Sequence record: SRR2962707_575
Reading direction: 5' to 3' (one strand)
DNA length: 64,000 nt
In this document: positions 38,134 to 47,631 of the stretch, one piece after another
Numbering within the stretch: the stretch's first letter is position 1
Layout: each line of letters opens with the position of its first letter
The notes under the pieces: model-generated
What the model was told of the DNA's origin: nothing
Seen by the model: only the letters and a program-made list of their open reading frames with translations
The model's database searches: none
Position numbers and translations under genes: made by a program

Positions 38134-40335
38134 ATGAAAATCAAATCGAACCATTTGCGCAGCGTTGCGATTATCGCAATTCTTTCGTCTCAGACTTCAT
38201 TTGCCAATGCAGAAAGTCATGGCGCAAAGAATTTCAACCGCATCGCGGCATTTCCCGTTGCTGAAAACATTCCAGCAGACATGGACCCTAAAACAGAAAC
38301 ATCGTCTGAAATCATCAAAGCCAGTGAAGATGGCATGACACTTGTTTATTCAGACAGCCCAATGGGCGGCATCGGCATCATTGACATTACTGACCCAAAA
38401 AATCCTGTTGCGGGTGGTTTTGTAAATGCTGGCGGCGAGCCAACATCTGTGATCGTTCAAGCAGGCCACGCCATCACGGGAGTCAACACATCTGAAAGCT
38501 ATGTTTCACCATCTGGCAAGCTTCTCAGCATCAATCTTGAAACAAAAGAAATTGAGCAATCATGCGAACTCGGCGGCCAGCCGGATTCTGTGGCTGTTTC
38601 TCCTGATGGCACATTAATTGCTGTTGCGATTGAAAACGAGCGCGATGAAGAACTAAACGATGGCGCGATCCCGCAAATGCCAGCAGGCATGGTTCATACC
38701 TTCAAAATTGCAAACGGTGTTCTTGACTGCGACAGCATGATCACCGCCGACATGACAGGCATGGCCGACATCGCGCCAACCGACCCAGAGCCAGAATTCG
38801 TGACAATCAACAATGCCAATGAAGTGGCAGTAACATTGCAGGAGAATAACCATGTGGTGGTATTCAATGGACAAACCGGCGACATCATCTCAAACTTTTC
38901 AACAGGTAGTGTCGACCTTGAAAATGTGGACGTTGAAGAAGAAGGTGCGCTAACATTTGACGGCACGCTGAAATCTGTAAAACGCGAGCCAGACGCGATT
39001 GAATGGCTTGATGATGATCGCTTCGTAATTGCCAATGAAGGCGACTATGAAGGCGGCTCTCGCGGTTTCACAATCATGAGCAAAACCGGCGAAGTTCTTT
39101 ACGACAGTGGCCTTTCACTTGAATATGAAGTGACAATGGCTGGCCAGTATCCAGAAAAACGCTCTGGCAACAAAGGCGCTGAGCCAGAAGGTTTGGCGGT
39201 CGGCACTTTCGATGGTCAAAAATTCTTCTTCGTTCTTGCTGAACGCGGCAATGTTGCTGCTGTTTACAAAGACATGGGCGCGGGAAAAGACCCAGTGTTC
39301 ATGCAACTTCTTCCAGCGGGCATCGGCCCTGAAGGTGCTGTGACAATCGGCCAGCGTAACCTCTTTGTTGTTGCCAACGAAACTGACCTTGTTGGTGATG
39401 GCGGCGCGCGCAGCCACGTATCAATCTATGAATATCAAGATGCACCAGCAACGTACCCAATGATCAAATCAGGTATGGACGATCAAGGCCGCCCAATTGG
39501 TTGGGGCGCTCTTTCTGGCCTTGCTGCTGATCCAGAACAGGCCGGCATTTTGTATGCTGTCAACGATAGCTTTTACAAAATGCAGCCAACAATCTTCACG
39601 ATTGATGCAAACCAAACACCAGCGATGATCACCAAAGCAACACGCGTGACACGTGATGGCGCAGCGGCTCAGCTGATGGACATGGAAGGCATTACAACTG
39701 ATGGCGAAGGCGGCTTCTGGGTTGCTTCTGAAGGCCGTACAGACCGCATGGTTCCCCACGGCATTTTCCATATCAATGCCAAAGGCCAGATCAAGAAAAG
39801 CATCGCATTTCCAGCAGAGCTTCAAGCGGTAGAACAACGCTTTGGTTCTGAAGGCATCACAATGATCGGTGATACGCTTTGGGTTGCAATCCAGCGCGAA
39901 TGGAAAGACGATCCCAAAGGCATGGTTAAACTTCTTGCCTACAACACAGCTGAAGATACATGGGGCGCTGTTCACTACCCGCTCGATGAAAAAGGCGCTG
40001 GCTGGGTTGGCCTTTCTGAAATCACAGCCAATGGCGATAAAGTTTATATCGTTGAGCGTGACAACCAAATCGGCGAAGCTGCAATACTCAAAAAACTTTA
40101 CAGCGTTTCAATCGATCAGTTGCAACCAGCTGAACTTGGCAGCGAATTGCCCGTCGTGACCAAAGAATTGGTGCGTGATTTCATTCCTGATTTGGAATCA
40201 ACCAATGGTTATGTGGTCGACAAAATTGAAGGCTTCACCATCGACAAAGACGGTAACGCTTTCGCAGTAACAGACAATGATGGCATCGACGATTCAAACG
40301 GGGAAACATTGTTCTTGAAACTTGGCAAACTCTGA
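38134..40335 (+). CDS. Secreted two-domain beta-propeller phosphatase-like protein (esterase-like phytase family)
   Basis: Signal peptide; GQPDSV, PEPE, ANEGD, EPEG, GPEG, then LSGL, DMEGI, GSEGI, VERDNQ, KIEG, TDNDG. Confidence 0.82.
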   Translation: MKIKSNHLRSVAIIAILSSQTSFANAESHGAKNFNRIAAFPVAENIPADMDPKTETSSEIIKASEDGMTLVYSDSPMGGIGIIDITDPKNPVAGGFVNAGGEPTSVIVQAGHAITGVNTSESYVSPSGKLLSINLETKEIEQSCELGGQPDSVAVSPDGTLIAVAIENERDEELNDGAIPQMPAGMVHTFKIANGVLDCDSMITADMTGMADIAPTDPEPEFVTINNANEVAVTLQENNHVVVFNGQTGDIISNFSTGSVDLENVDVEEEGALTFDGTLKSVKREPDAIEWLDDDRFVIANEGDYEGGSRGFTIMSKTGEVLYDSGLSLEYEVTMAGQYPEKRSGNKGAEPEGLAVGTFDGQKFFFVLAERGNVAAVYKDMGAGKDPVFMQLLPAGIGPEGAVTIGQRNLFVVANETDLVGDGGARSHVSIYEYQDAPATYPMIKSGMDDQGRPIGWGALSGLAADPEQAGILYAVNDSFYKMQPTIFTIDANQTPAMITKATRVTRDGAAAQLMDMEGITTDGEGGFWVASEGRTDRMVPHGIFHINAKGQIKKSIAFPAELQAVEQRFGSEGITMIGDTLWVAIQREWKDDPKGMVKLLAYNTAEDTWGAVHYPLDEKGAGWVGLSEITANGDKVYIVERDNQIGEAAILKKLYSVSIDQLQPAELGSELPVVTKELVRDFIPDLESTNGYVVDKIEGFTIDKDGNAFAVTDNDGIDDSNGETLFLKLGKL

Positions 40336-40361
40336 GTTTCAAAACTAGAAGCGACGAATTG

Positions 40362-40389
40362 AAGGGGTGGCGCTTGCGCCACCCCTTTT
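40362..40389 (+). terminator. Intrinsic terminator
   Basis: AAGGGGTGGCGC-TT-GCGCCACCCCTTTT. Confidence 0.85.
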
Positions 40390-40417
40390 CTATCAAGAAA
40401 TCGGAAAAGGCTGCACA

Positions 40418-40966
40418 ATGGATCTCGGCAAAATCATATTCCTGCATGGCGCATCCTCAAGCGGAAAATCGACACTCGCAACCGCTCTTCAGTCAAAAAT
40501 CGATTTGCCATTTTGGCATATTTCCATTGATCATTTGCGCGATAGCGGCGTCCTGCCATCGGACCGTTTCAAAAGCGGTGAATTTAACTGGAAAGAGGAA
40601 AAGCAGAAGTTTTTTAAAGGCTATCATGCGTCACTGGCCAGCTACGCAAAGGCGGGCAACAATCTCATCGTAGAACACATCATTGAAGAAACTGATTGGC
40701 GCGAAGAATTAGCAGCGCTTTGCGCGCCCTTCGATCTGTTCTTCGTCGCTGTTCACTGCGACATCGAAAACCTCCGCGAACGCGAAAAACGTCGCGGCGA
40801 CCGCCCTATGGGCAGTGCTGAAAAGGACTTCAACACGGTCCACAAAGGTCTAAGCTATGATTTTGAGGTGGACAGCCAAGCAGGTGTTGACGACAATGTT
40901 TCGCTTATCCTAAACGCTTGGCGTGCCCGAAGCGGCCCGTCCACATTTTTCAAAATGGCTCAATGA
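40418..40966 (+). CDS. Chloramphenicol phosphotransferase-like P-loop kinase
   Basis: IIFLHGASSSGKST, GNNLIVE, REKRRGDR, YDFEVD; start ATG 40418. Confidence 0.82.
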   Translation: MDLGKIIFLHGASSSGKSTLATALQSKIDLPFWHISIDHLRDSGVLPSDRFKSGEFNWKEEKQKFFKGYHASLASYAKAGNNLIVEHIIEETDWREELAALCAPFDLFFVAVHCDIENLREREKRRGDRPMGSAEKDFNTVHKGLSYDFEVDSQAGVDDNVSLILNAWRARSGPSTFFKMAQ

Positions 40967-41968
40967 TCAGGTGACATCCAGCACGATTTTGCCAATATGT
41001 GCACCATCTTCCATGCGTTGATGCGCCCGCCAGGCATCATTGAGCGGATAGATCATATCCATAACCGGCGCTATTTGTCCGCCCTCAATCAACGGCCAAA
41101 CATGTTCTTCAAGTTGGCGTGCAATAGCAGCTTTAAATTCGAATGACCGCGCGCGCATGGTCGAGCCTGTGTGAATAAGCCGCTTGGTCATCAGCTTGGT
41201 AAAATCAACTTCAGCTTTAGCACCGCCCAAAAAGGCGATTTGAACAATGCGTCCGTCCATCGCGGCGCAATCATAATTTCGGCCGATATAACTGCCACCC
41301 ACCATATCAAGAATGACATTCGCACCATTTTTATGGGTAAACTTACTCACGGCGGAAACAAAGTCTTCGTTCTTATAATTGATCGCCAAATCAGCACCGA
41401 GCTTTACGCAAGCCGCGCATTTTTCATCCGAGCCAGCGGTTGTGATGACCGTCGCGCCAAACGCTTTTGCCAGTTGGATCGCGACCGTGCCAATGCCCGA
41501 TGTTCCGCCATGGACAAGAAAAACCTCGTCTTTCTTCAAACCGCCCCGCTCAAACACATTATGCCAAACCGTAAAAAACGTCTCAGGCAATGCGGCTGCT
41601 TGTACCATTGTTAAACCGCTAGGAACAGGCATTACACTGCCCTCATCCACCGCAACATATTGCGCATAGCCGCCGCCAGAGGTGAGCGCGCAGACTGCAT
41701 CGCCAACTTTAAAGCGCGAAGTACTCTCGCCAGCCTGTGCTACAATGCCCGACACCTCTAAGCCCGGCAAATCCGACGCCCCTTTTGGCGGTGGATAGGT
41801 GCCCATGCGTTGAAGAACATCGGGCCGATTAACACCGGCAGCCTTAACCTCAATCAAAATATCGTGCTTAATGAGCGCAGGCACACGCCTCTGACACGGT
41901 GCCAGCACCTTTGGCCCACCTGGCTCAGTAATCTCAACCGCGTTCATCATTTTTATGTCAGCTGTCAT
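40967..41968 (-). CDS. NAD(P)H-quinone oxidoreductase (PIG3/zeta-crystallin)
   Basis: AAGVNRPD, PGLE, HGGTSGIG, HIGKIVL. Confidence 0.93.
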   Translation of the reverse strand: MTADIKMMNAVEITEPGGPKVLAPCQRRVPALIKHDILIEVKAAGVNRPDVLQRMGTYPPPKGASDLPGLEVSGIVAQAGESTSRFKVGDAVCALTSGGGYAQYVAVDEGSVMPVPSGLTMVQAAALPETFFTVWHNVFERGGLKKDEVFLVHGGTSGIGTVAIQLAKAFGATVITTAGSDEKCAACVKLGADLAINYKNEDFVSAVSKFTHKNGANVILDMVGGSYIGRNYDCAAMDGRIVQIAFLGGAKAEVDFTKLMTKRLIHTGSTMRARSFEFKAAIARQLEEHVWPLIEGGQIAPVMDMIYPLNDAWRAHQRMEDGAHIGKIVLDVT

Positions 41969-42069
41969 TTTTCGCTCCTTACTTTAGGTTCCGCACTTGG
42001 CACACCTTAGGCGCAAGGCTAATCTTACTATCTACTCGCACAAAACAAAGTCTTTAAAAGGACAGCCCA

Positions 42070-42258
42070 ATGTTTGCCGATGACAATGAACCAAAAAAGA
42101 AGCGTCCGTATCAAATTGGCCAAGATCTATCTGATATTTCAGTCAGCGACCTTGAAGACATAGTTACCGAATTAGAAGATGAAATTGAGCGTTTAAAGGC
42201 TGATGCAAAGTCCAAAAACGCTAGTAAATCCGCAGCGGATGCATTTTTCAAAATTTGA
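42070..42258 (+). CDS. DUF1192 family protein
   Basis: IGQDLSDISVSDL...EIERL...SAADAFFK. Confidence 0.85.
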   Translation: MFADDNEPKKKRPYQIGQDLSDISVSDLEDIVTELEDEIERLKADAKSKNASKSAADAFFKI

Positions 42259-42349
42259 AATCAGATTCAATCTTAACAGCTCGACTAATAAATTGGTTAC
42301 TTTTTTATATTCGGTAACCCAATTTTAACCCTTACAGGTGCTTAATGGA

Positions 42350-42444
42350 CTTGTTCGGATTTATTCGAACTCACTCAGAACGTATGTTTTGTTTGACGTC
42401 TCCCCTGTATTTTTCAAGAGCCGCTTATGCGGCTCTCTTTTTTT
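42350..42444 (+). ncRNA. Probable small RNA upstream of rcdA (5' end approximate)
   Basis: Hairpin GTTCG...CGAAC, C-rich GACGTCTCCCCTG stretch, and a strong terminator ~160 nt past the nearest stop codon. Confidence 0.5.
42417..42444 (+). terminator. Intrinsic terminator
   Basis: AGAGCCGC-TTAT-GCGGCTCT-CTTTTTTT. Confidence 0.88.
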
Positions 42445-42493
42445 GTCCACTTTTCACACATTCCCACTTCGAAACGATAGCAGCCTGTGCGTA

Positions 42494-42508
42494 TTAACCT
42501 TGCATTAA
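42494..42508. promoter_or_regulatory. Perfect CtrA box upstream of rcdA
   Basis: TTAA-CCTTGCA-TTAA. Confidence 0.78.
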
Positions 42509-42606
42509 GGATGTTGTTGCGTGAAGTTGTGAGAAAGTGGAATATGCCGGTTCAATTAGAGAGCAAGTAAGCTAAGCACGAACTCAGGCGTAAATCGGGA
42601 TAGACC

Positions 42607-43122
42607 ATGACCAACAACGCAAACAGCGATAATATGATAAAGTTTTCCTCGCGGAAAATAGCGTCTCCAGCATTTACCCGTCTTTACGCAGAAGGCATGG
42701 ATCTGGTCGAAGAAACTGCCGGATATTTAGAAGGCGAAGGCCGCGAAGAGGCAAGAAAACTGCGCCGCGTTGCTTCAGCACTTTACGCCGCTGAATCAAT
42801 GCGCCTTACCACACGTCTGATGCAGTTGGCCTCATGGTTGCTCCTTCAGCGCGCGCTCAAAGCAGGCGAAATGACATTTGAACAAGTCAAATCTGAAAAA
42901 AATAAAATCCGCCTAGAAACAACAACCTCAATCGAAGACATCGCAACATGGAATGAGCTGCCAGATATGTTCTGTTCGCTGGTTCGCCGCTCTTTGCGAC
43001 TTCAAGCGCGTATTCGCCAGATGGATATCGACATTGATGCGCCATTGGATGAAAGCGATAGCTACGCAAATCCCGTGCTTAGCCAAGTCAATTTGCTCAA
43101 AACAGCCTTTGGCGCGCGCTAA
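42607..43122 (+). CDS. rcdA: Regulator of CtrA degradation RcdA (DUF1465)
   Basis: EGMDLVEETAGYL, ESMRLTTRLMQLASWLLLQRA, NPV...L..AF. Confidence 0.92.
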   Translation: MTNNANSDNMIKFSSRKIASPAFTRLYAEGMDLVEETAGYLEGEGREEARKLRRVASALYAAESMRLTTRLMQLASWLLLQRALKAGEMTFEQVKSEKNKIRLETTTSIEDIATWNELPDMFCSLVRRSLRLQARIRQMDIDIDAPLDESDSYANPVLSQVNLLKTAFGAR

Positions 43123-43167
43123 TCAATATTGATTCGATAGCCGGCCATTCGGCTTAAAAAATCCCAT

Positions 43168-43200
43168 AAAAAAACCCGCTGAATAATCAGCGGGTTTTTT
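43168..43200. terminator. Bidirectional terminator between rcdA and rpmE
   Basis: AAAAAACCCGCTGA-ATAA-TCAGCGGGTTTTTT. Confidence 0.9.
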
Positions 43201-43221
43201 ATTGTCTTAATGACAAAAAGC

Positions 43222-43443
43222 TTAGAGGCCGAGACCGTCGAAACGCTTCTTGAATTTAGAAACGCGACCACCGCGGTCGAGCATATTCTGGTTGCCGCCA
43301 GTCCAAGCTGGGTGCGAATTTGGGTCGATATCAAGGTTCATGGTGTCGCCTTCAGCGCCCCATGTTGATTTCGTTGTAAATTCTGTACCGTCTGTCATGA
43401 CCACTTTGATCATGTGATAATCAGGATGGATATCCGCTTTCAT
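43222..43443 (-). CDS. rpmE: 50S ribosomal protein L31
   Basis: [10 protein letters not shown]...SHPAWTG...[10 protein letters not shown]; start ATG 43443. Confidence 0.97.
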   Translation of the reverse strand: MKADIHPDYHMIKVVMTDGTEFTTKSTWGAEGDTMNLDIDPNSHPAWTGGNQNMLDRGGRVSKFKKRFDGLGL

Positions 43444-43555
43444 GTCAAAAACCCTTAAAGTTCTCTTTGGTTTGATGCAGATCATCTGCAAAGACCATTT
43501 TTTTAATATAAAAGCCGCGAACCCAACGCCCACGGCTTTGAAAATTGTTGGTGAG

Positions 43556-43584
43556 CCTATACATCAGGGTAAATGATGACACAA
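43556..43584 (-). promoter_or_regulatory. Putative sigma70 promoter of rpmE
   Basis: TTGTGT-N17-TATAGG on the minus strand. Confidence 0.45.
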
Positions 43585-43640
43585 GGGGATGCAGGCGATT
43601 CAATTCATCGTTTGTGCTGCTTATACCAAAAAGAGTAAAA

Positions 43641-45431
43641 ATGAGTTCTCAAACAGACGCATCACCTTTAAAAAAAGCGAAATCCATCCGTCCACTTGCA
43701 ACGCTATTTCCCTATTTGGGGCGCTACAAAAAACTGGTCGCGGGGGCGCTCATATCACTTCTTTTAGCCGCTTTAACGACCCTTGTGCTGCCACTTGCGG
43801 TGCGCCGTGTCATCGATAATGGTTTTTCCGGCGCCGATGCGGCGCTCGTTAACAATTATTTTTCAATGCTCATCCTGCTGGCATTGGTCTTGGGCTTTGC
43901 CAGTGCATCGCGTTATTTCTTTGTGATCACGCTTGGCGAGCGCGTTGTCTCAGATGTACGCCGCGACGTATTCGAAAATGTCATGTTTCTCTCATCATCA
44001 TTCTATGACAGCGCAAAATCCGGCGAGATCGTTTCGCGCCTAACCGCCGATACAACGCAGATTAAATCTGCTGTTGGGGCGACCGCCTCTGTGGCCTTGC
44101 GCAATATAATTTTGGTAACCGGTGCGCTGATTATGATGGTTTTTACTAGCCCATCTCTTTCGGGCATTGTGATCGGCGTTATTCCGCTCATTGTTCTTCC
44201 CATTATTGCCTTTGGCCGCCGCGTTCGCGCCAAATCGCGCATCGCGCAAGACACATTGGCAGATGCTTCCGCCTATGCCAGCGAAGCCATCGGCGCCGTG
44301 CGCAGCTTTCAAGCCTTTACCAATGAGAGCGGCGCGACAAACCGCTACAGCAATGACGTCAATACGGCTTTTAACGCAGCAAAAGGCGCAGTCGCTGCCC
44401 GCTCCATTCTGACCGGCTTTGCGATCTTCCTCGTATTTTCCTCTGTTGTGGCGGTTTTGTGGATTGGCGCAACCCGCGTACTAAGCGGTGACATGACCTC
44501 TGGAACACTCGGCCAATTCTTGCTTTACGCGATTTTTGCTGCTGGCGCTTTGGGTGCATTGTCTGAAACATGGGGTGAACTGCAACAGGCTGCAGGCGCT
44601 GCCGAGCGCCTAAGCGAACTCCTCATTGAAGAAAGCGATATTCAAAGCCCTGAAAATCCCGTTGCTCTGCCCAAGCCTTCAAAGGGCATCCTTGCCTTTG
44701 ATGAAGTGAGTTTCGCCTATCCAACACGGCCAGATGCGCCAGCCATCCATGATCTTACATTTGATATTAAATCTGGTGAGACGGTCGCCATCGTTGGTGC
44801 GTCAGGCGCGGGCAAAAGCACATTGTTCGCCCTTCTCATGCGCCAATATGATCCGCAATTAGGCATCGTGTCAGTTGATGGCGTGAATGTGCGCGAAGCC
44901 GAGATCCAAGAAATGCGTCAGCGCATGGCCATCGTGCCTCAAGATGTAACGATCCTATCTGGGACGGTAGCTGAAAATATCGCCTTTGGCCGACCGGACG
45001 CAACGCGCGAAGACATTAAAAATGCAGCGATCTCTGCGCAAGCTGATGGCTTCATCACCGATTTGCCAAATGGGTTCGACACCGAGGTTGGTGAGCGCGG
45101 CATAACGCTTTCAGGTGGTCAGCGCCAACGCCTTGCCATTGCTCGCGCGATTCTGCGTGATGCGCCTATCTTGCTGCTGGACGAGGCAACGTCTGCCTTA
45201 GATGCAGAGAGCGAGACATTGGTGCAAAAGGCGCTGGAGGGGCTCATGGAGGGGCGTACGACCCTTGTTATCGCCCATCGCTTGGCAACAATCTTAAAAG
45301 CAGACCGCATTTTGGTCATGGACAAGGGCAAAATCGTTGAGACCGGCACACACGCATCGCTTTCTAAGAAGAAAAACGGTGTCTATGCGCGCCTTGCGCA
45401 CCTACAATTTAATGCAGGCGGCTCACACTGA
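43641..45431 (+). CDS. ABC exporter, fused TMD + ATPase (MsbA-like)
   Basis: 6 TM; GASGAGKST, LSGGQRQR, LLLDEATSALD, IAHRL. Confidence 0.94.
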   Translation: MSSQTDASPLKKAKSIRPLATLFPYLGRYKKLVAGALISLLLAALTTLVLPLAVRRVIDNGFSGADAALVNNYFSMLILLALVLGFASASRYFFVITLGERVVSDVRRDVFENVMFLSSSFYDSAKSGEIVSRLTADTTQIKSAVGATASVALRNIILVTGALIMMVFTSPSLSGIVIGVIPLIVLPIIAFGRRVRAKSRIAQDTLADASAYASEAIGAVRSFQAFTNESGATNRYSNDVNTAFNAAKGAVAARSILTGFAIFLVFSSVVAVLWIGATRVLSGDMTSGTLGQFLLYAIFAAGALGALSETWGELQQAAGAAERLSELLIEESDIQSPENPVALPKPSKGILAFDEVSFAYPTRPDAPAIHDLTFDIKSGETVAIVGASGAGKSTLFALLMRQYDPQLGIVSVDGVNVREAEIQEMRQRMAIVPQDVTILSGTVAENIAFGRPDATREDIKNAAISAQADGFITDLPNGFDTEVGERGITLSGGQRQRLAIARAILRDAPILLLDEATSALDAESETLVQKALEGLMEGRTTLVIAHRLATILKADRILVMDKGKIVETGTHASLSKKKNGVYARLAHLQFNAGGSH

Positions 45432-45433
45432 AT

Positions 45434-46465
45434 CTAGCGCTCTGTTAGCTTCAGCTCGATGCGTCGATTGCGGCTGCGCGCTAGATCGCTGTCTTCTGTA
45501 TCGAGCGGCTGATATTCACCAAAGCCCGCCGCAACCAAGCGGCTTGGCGTGACGCCTTGAGAAATCAAAAACTTCACAACCGATGTCGCGCGCGCTGAGG
45601 AAAGCTCCCAATTGTCTTTGATACGGCCGGTTCCAGAGAGCGGCACATCATCGGTGTGGCCATCCACGCGCAAAATCCAGTTAATTTCAGATGGAATTTC
45701 TGTTTCCAACTGTTTGATCGCATCGGCAAGTTTAGCCATTTCTTGTTCACCAGCTGGGTTGATATCAACCCCGCCCGATGAGAACAAAACTTCAGACTGG
45801 AATACGAAGCGGTCGCCAACGATGCGAATATTTTCGCGGTCAGACAAAATCTCACGCAGACGGCCAAAGAAGTCTGAGCGATAGCGGTTCAGCTCCTGAA
45901 CGCGCTGCGCCAACGCCACATTGAGACGGCGACCAAGATCGGCGATTTTGGTGTTGGATTCCTTGTCTTTTGTTTCAGAAACTTCGAGCGCCGCTTCCAG
46001 CGCACCAATCTGTTTGCGCAAGGCGGAGATTTGTTGATTGAGCAATTCAACTTGGCTCTGCGCCCGTTTACTCAATTGCTCCTGTTCATCAAGCTTATCG
46101 GACAAAGCCCCGACTTTGGCATTGGCTTCTTCGACAGCGCCAGAGCCACCCGCAAGCAATTGCTCCAAGCGCGAGCGCTCATCTTCGCTCGATTGCAATG
46201 ATGTCTGCAAACTCAGCAGCTGATCTTCCACATCTTGGCGACCTGATTTTTCCAGCGCCAACAAATTGGTCAGTTCATTAATTTGGCTGTTCAGCCGGTT
46301 AAGCACAGCATCCTTGCCGCTAATTTCCTGACTGAGCAAAAATTGCGCCAGTACGAAAACCGACAAAAGAAACATGATGGCAAGCAAAAGCGTGGACAGC
46401 GCGTCCACAAAACCGGGCCAATAATCAACACCCTGATTGCCCCGTCTGTTGCGCGACAATGCCAA
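45434..46465 (-). CDS. MotB-like protein (TM Asp, coiled coil, OmpA-like peptidoglycan-binding domain)
   Basis: YWPGFVDALSTLL, long heptad region, GHTD...NWELSSARA...GEYQP...NRRIE. Confidence 0.88.
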   Translation of the reverse strand: MALSRNRRGNQGVDYWPGFVDALSTLLLAIMFLLSVFVLAQFLLSQEISGKDAVLNRLNSQINELTNLLALEKSGRQDVEDQLLSLQTSLQSSEDERSRLEQLLAGGSGAVEEANAKVGALSDKLDEQEQLSKRAQSQVELLNQQISALRKQIGALEAALEVSETKDKESNTKIADLGRRLNVALAQRVQELNRYRSDFFGRLREILSDRENIRIVGDRFVFQSEVLFSSGGVDINPAGEQEMAKLADAIKQLETEIPSEINWILRVDGHTDDVPLSGTGRIKDNWELSSARATSVVKFLISQGVTPSRLVAAGFGEYQPLDTEDSDLARSRNRRIELKLTER

Positions 46466-47494
46466 TTACTTGTCCTTTGCCAATTTCTCGACAGCAGCCG
46501 ATAATTTCACCAAGGCTTCGCGGATGGCTTTTTGCTCGTCCGCCTGCCCTTCGGCCCAATTGCGCATGAGCTTCTGCTCATCACGCATGGACTTGACCAA
46601 TCCTTGAATACCATCGGCCAGAGAACCAAGCGCCGCATTGGTGCGTTGGTTGCCGCTTGTATCTTGCATTGTCGCAAGACGGTCGGTGATGACTTTCAAA
46701 TTAGCACCATCGCCGCCAGCAACCGCCATCGCGGCGCCGGATTCTGGATCGGTGACAGAAGACAGCCAATTTTCAAGTTCTGTATAAAAACGGTTTTGAG
46801 CGCGGCCTGCCTGTAGATCAAGAAAGCCGAGAACCAACGAGCCAGATAGACCAAAAAGAGAGGAAGAAAACGCCGTGCCCATGCCATCAAGCGGCGCAGA
46901 AAGTCCCGCTTTCAACGAATCCAAAATATCATTTGTATTGCCCGAGCCCGGATCCAGCGATTGGATTGTATCGCCGATAGAACCAATTGTGCCGAGCAAG
47001 CCCCAAAAAGTACCAAGCAAGCCTAAGAACACAAGAAGGCCCGTGAGATACCGCGAAATATCGCGGCTTTCATCAAGGCGTGTTGCAATGGAATCCAAAA
47101 TCGAGCGCATAGAGGTCGTGCTAATCGTTGCCGATTGCTGACGGCTCAGCAGGCTGCGCATAGGCGCAAGCAAAACCGGATCGCGCCGCGCTGCATTCAC
47201 CGTGTCGCCAGATTTAAATGAGTTAACCCAAGCCACTTCGCGGAAAAGCCCGATAACTTGCAAGAAAACAAGAATAGTGCCGACAAACAGCACACCCAAA
47301 ATCAGGCCATTAAGGCCCGGATTAGTCACAAAGGCAGAAGAAATTTGGCGATAGAGAATTGCGGCGATAAATCCAGCAATGGCCAGAAATATGATCATCG
47401 AAAGCAAAAAGACCTGCGGATTGGATAGACGATAGGGATCAAATTTGCGCCGCGTGGCAACCGCTACTTCATCGCCTGAACTATTGATCGCCAT
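46466..47494 (-). CDS. MotA/TolQ/ExbB-like membrane protein
   Basis: LGLLGTFWGL and GMGTAFSSSLFGL helices; abuts the MotB-like gene; start ATG 47494. Confidence 0.85.
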   Translation of the reverse strand: MAINSSGDEVAVATRRKFDPYRLSNPQVFLLSMIIFLAIAGFIAAILYRQISSAFVTNPGLNGLILGVLFVGTILVFLQVIGLFREVAWVNSFKSGDTVNAARRDPVLLAPMRSLLSRQQSATISTTSMRSILDSIATRLDESRDISRYLTGLLVFLGLLGTFWGLLGTIGSIGDTIQSLDPGSGNTNDILDSLKAGLSAPLDGMGTAFSSSLFGLSGSLVLGFLDLQAGRAQNRFYTELENWLSSVTDPESGAAMAVAGGDGANLKVITDRLATMQDTSGNQRTNAALGSLADGIQGLVKSMRDEQKLMRNWAEGQADEQKAIREALVKLSAAVEKLAKDK

Positions 47495-47631
47495 TGACCG
47501 CCTTCTCCCAACTCTATTCAAAGACACTTATGAATCGATTTTCACCATACCCTTAGATGAAACTATGGCGAAAATGAAATCAAGAGTGCATGACAGCTGA
47601 GATAAGTCTAATTCAAGCCAATATAGGCAAA

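Noticed and set aside
39469-40068. 199-aa minus-strand ORF
   Set aside because: Antisense shadow of a strongly codon-biased gene
45434-47494. Zorya defence system
   Set aside because: No zorC/D/E-like genes, host-like composition and housekeeping neighbourhood; kept only as an uncharacterised motor
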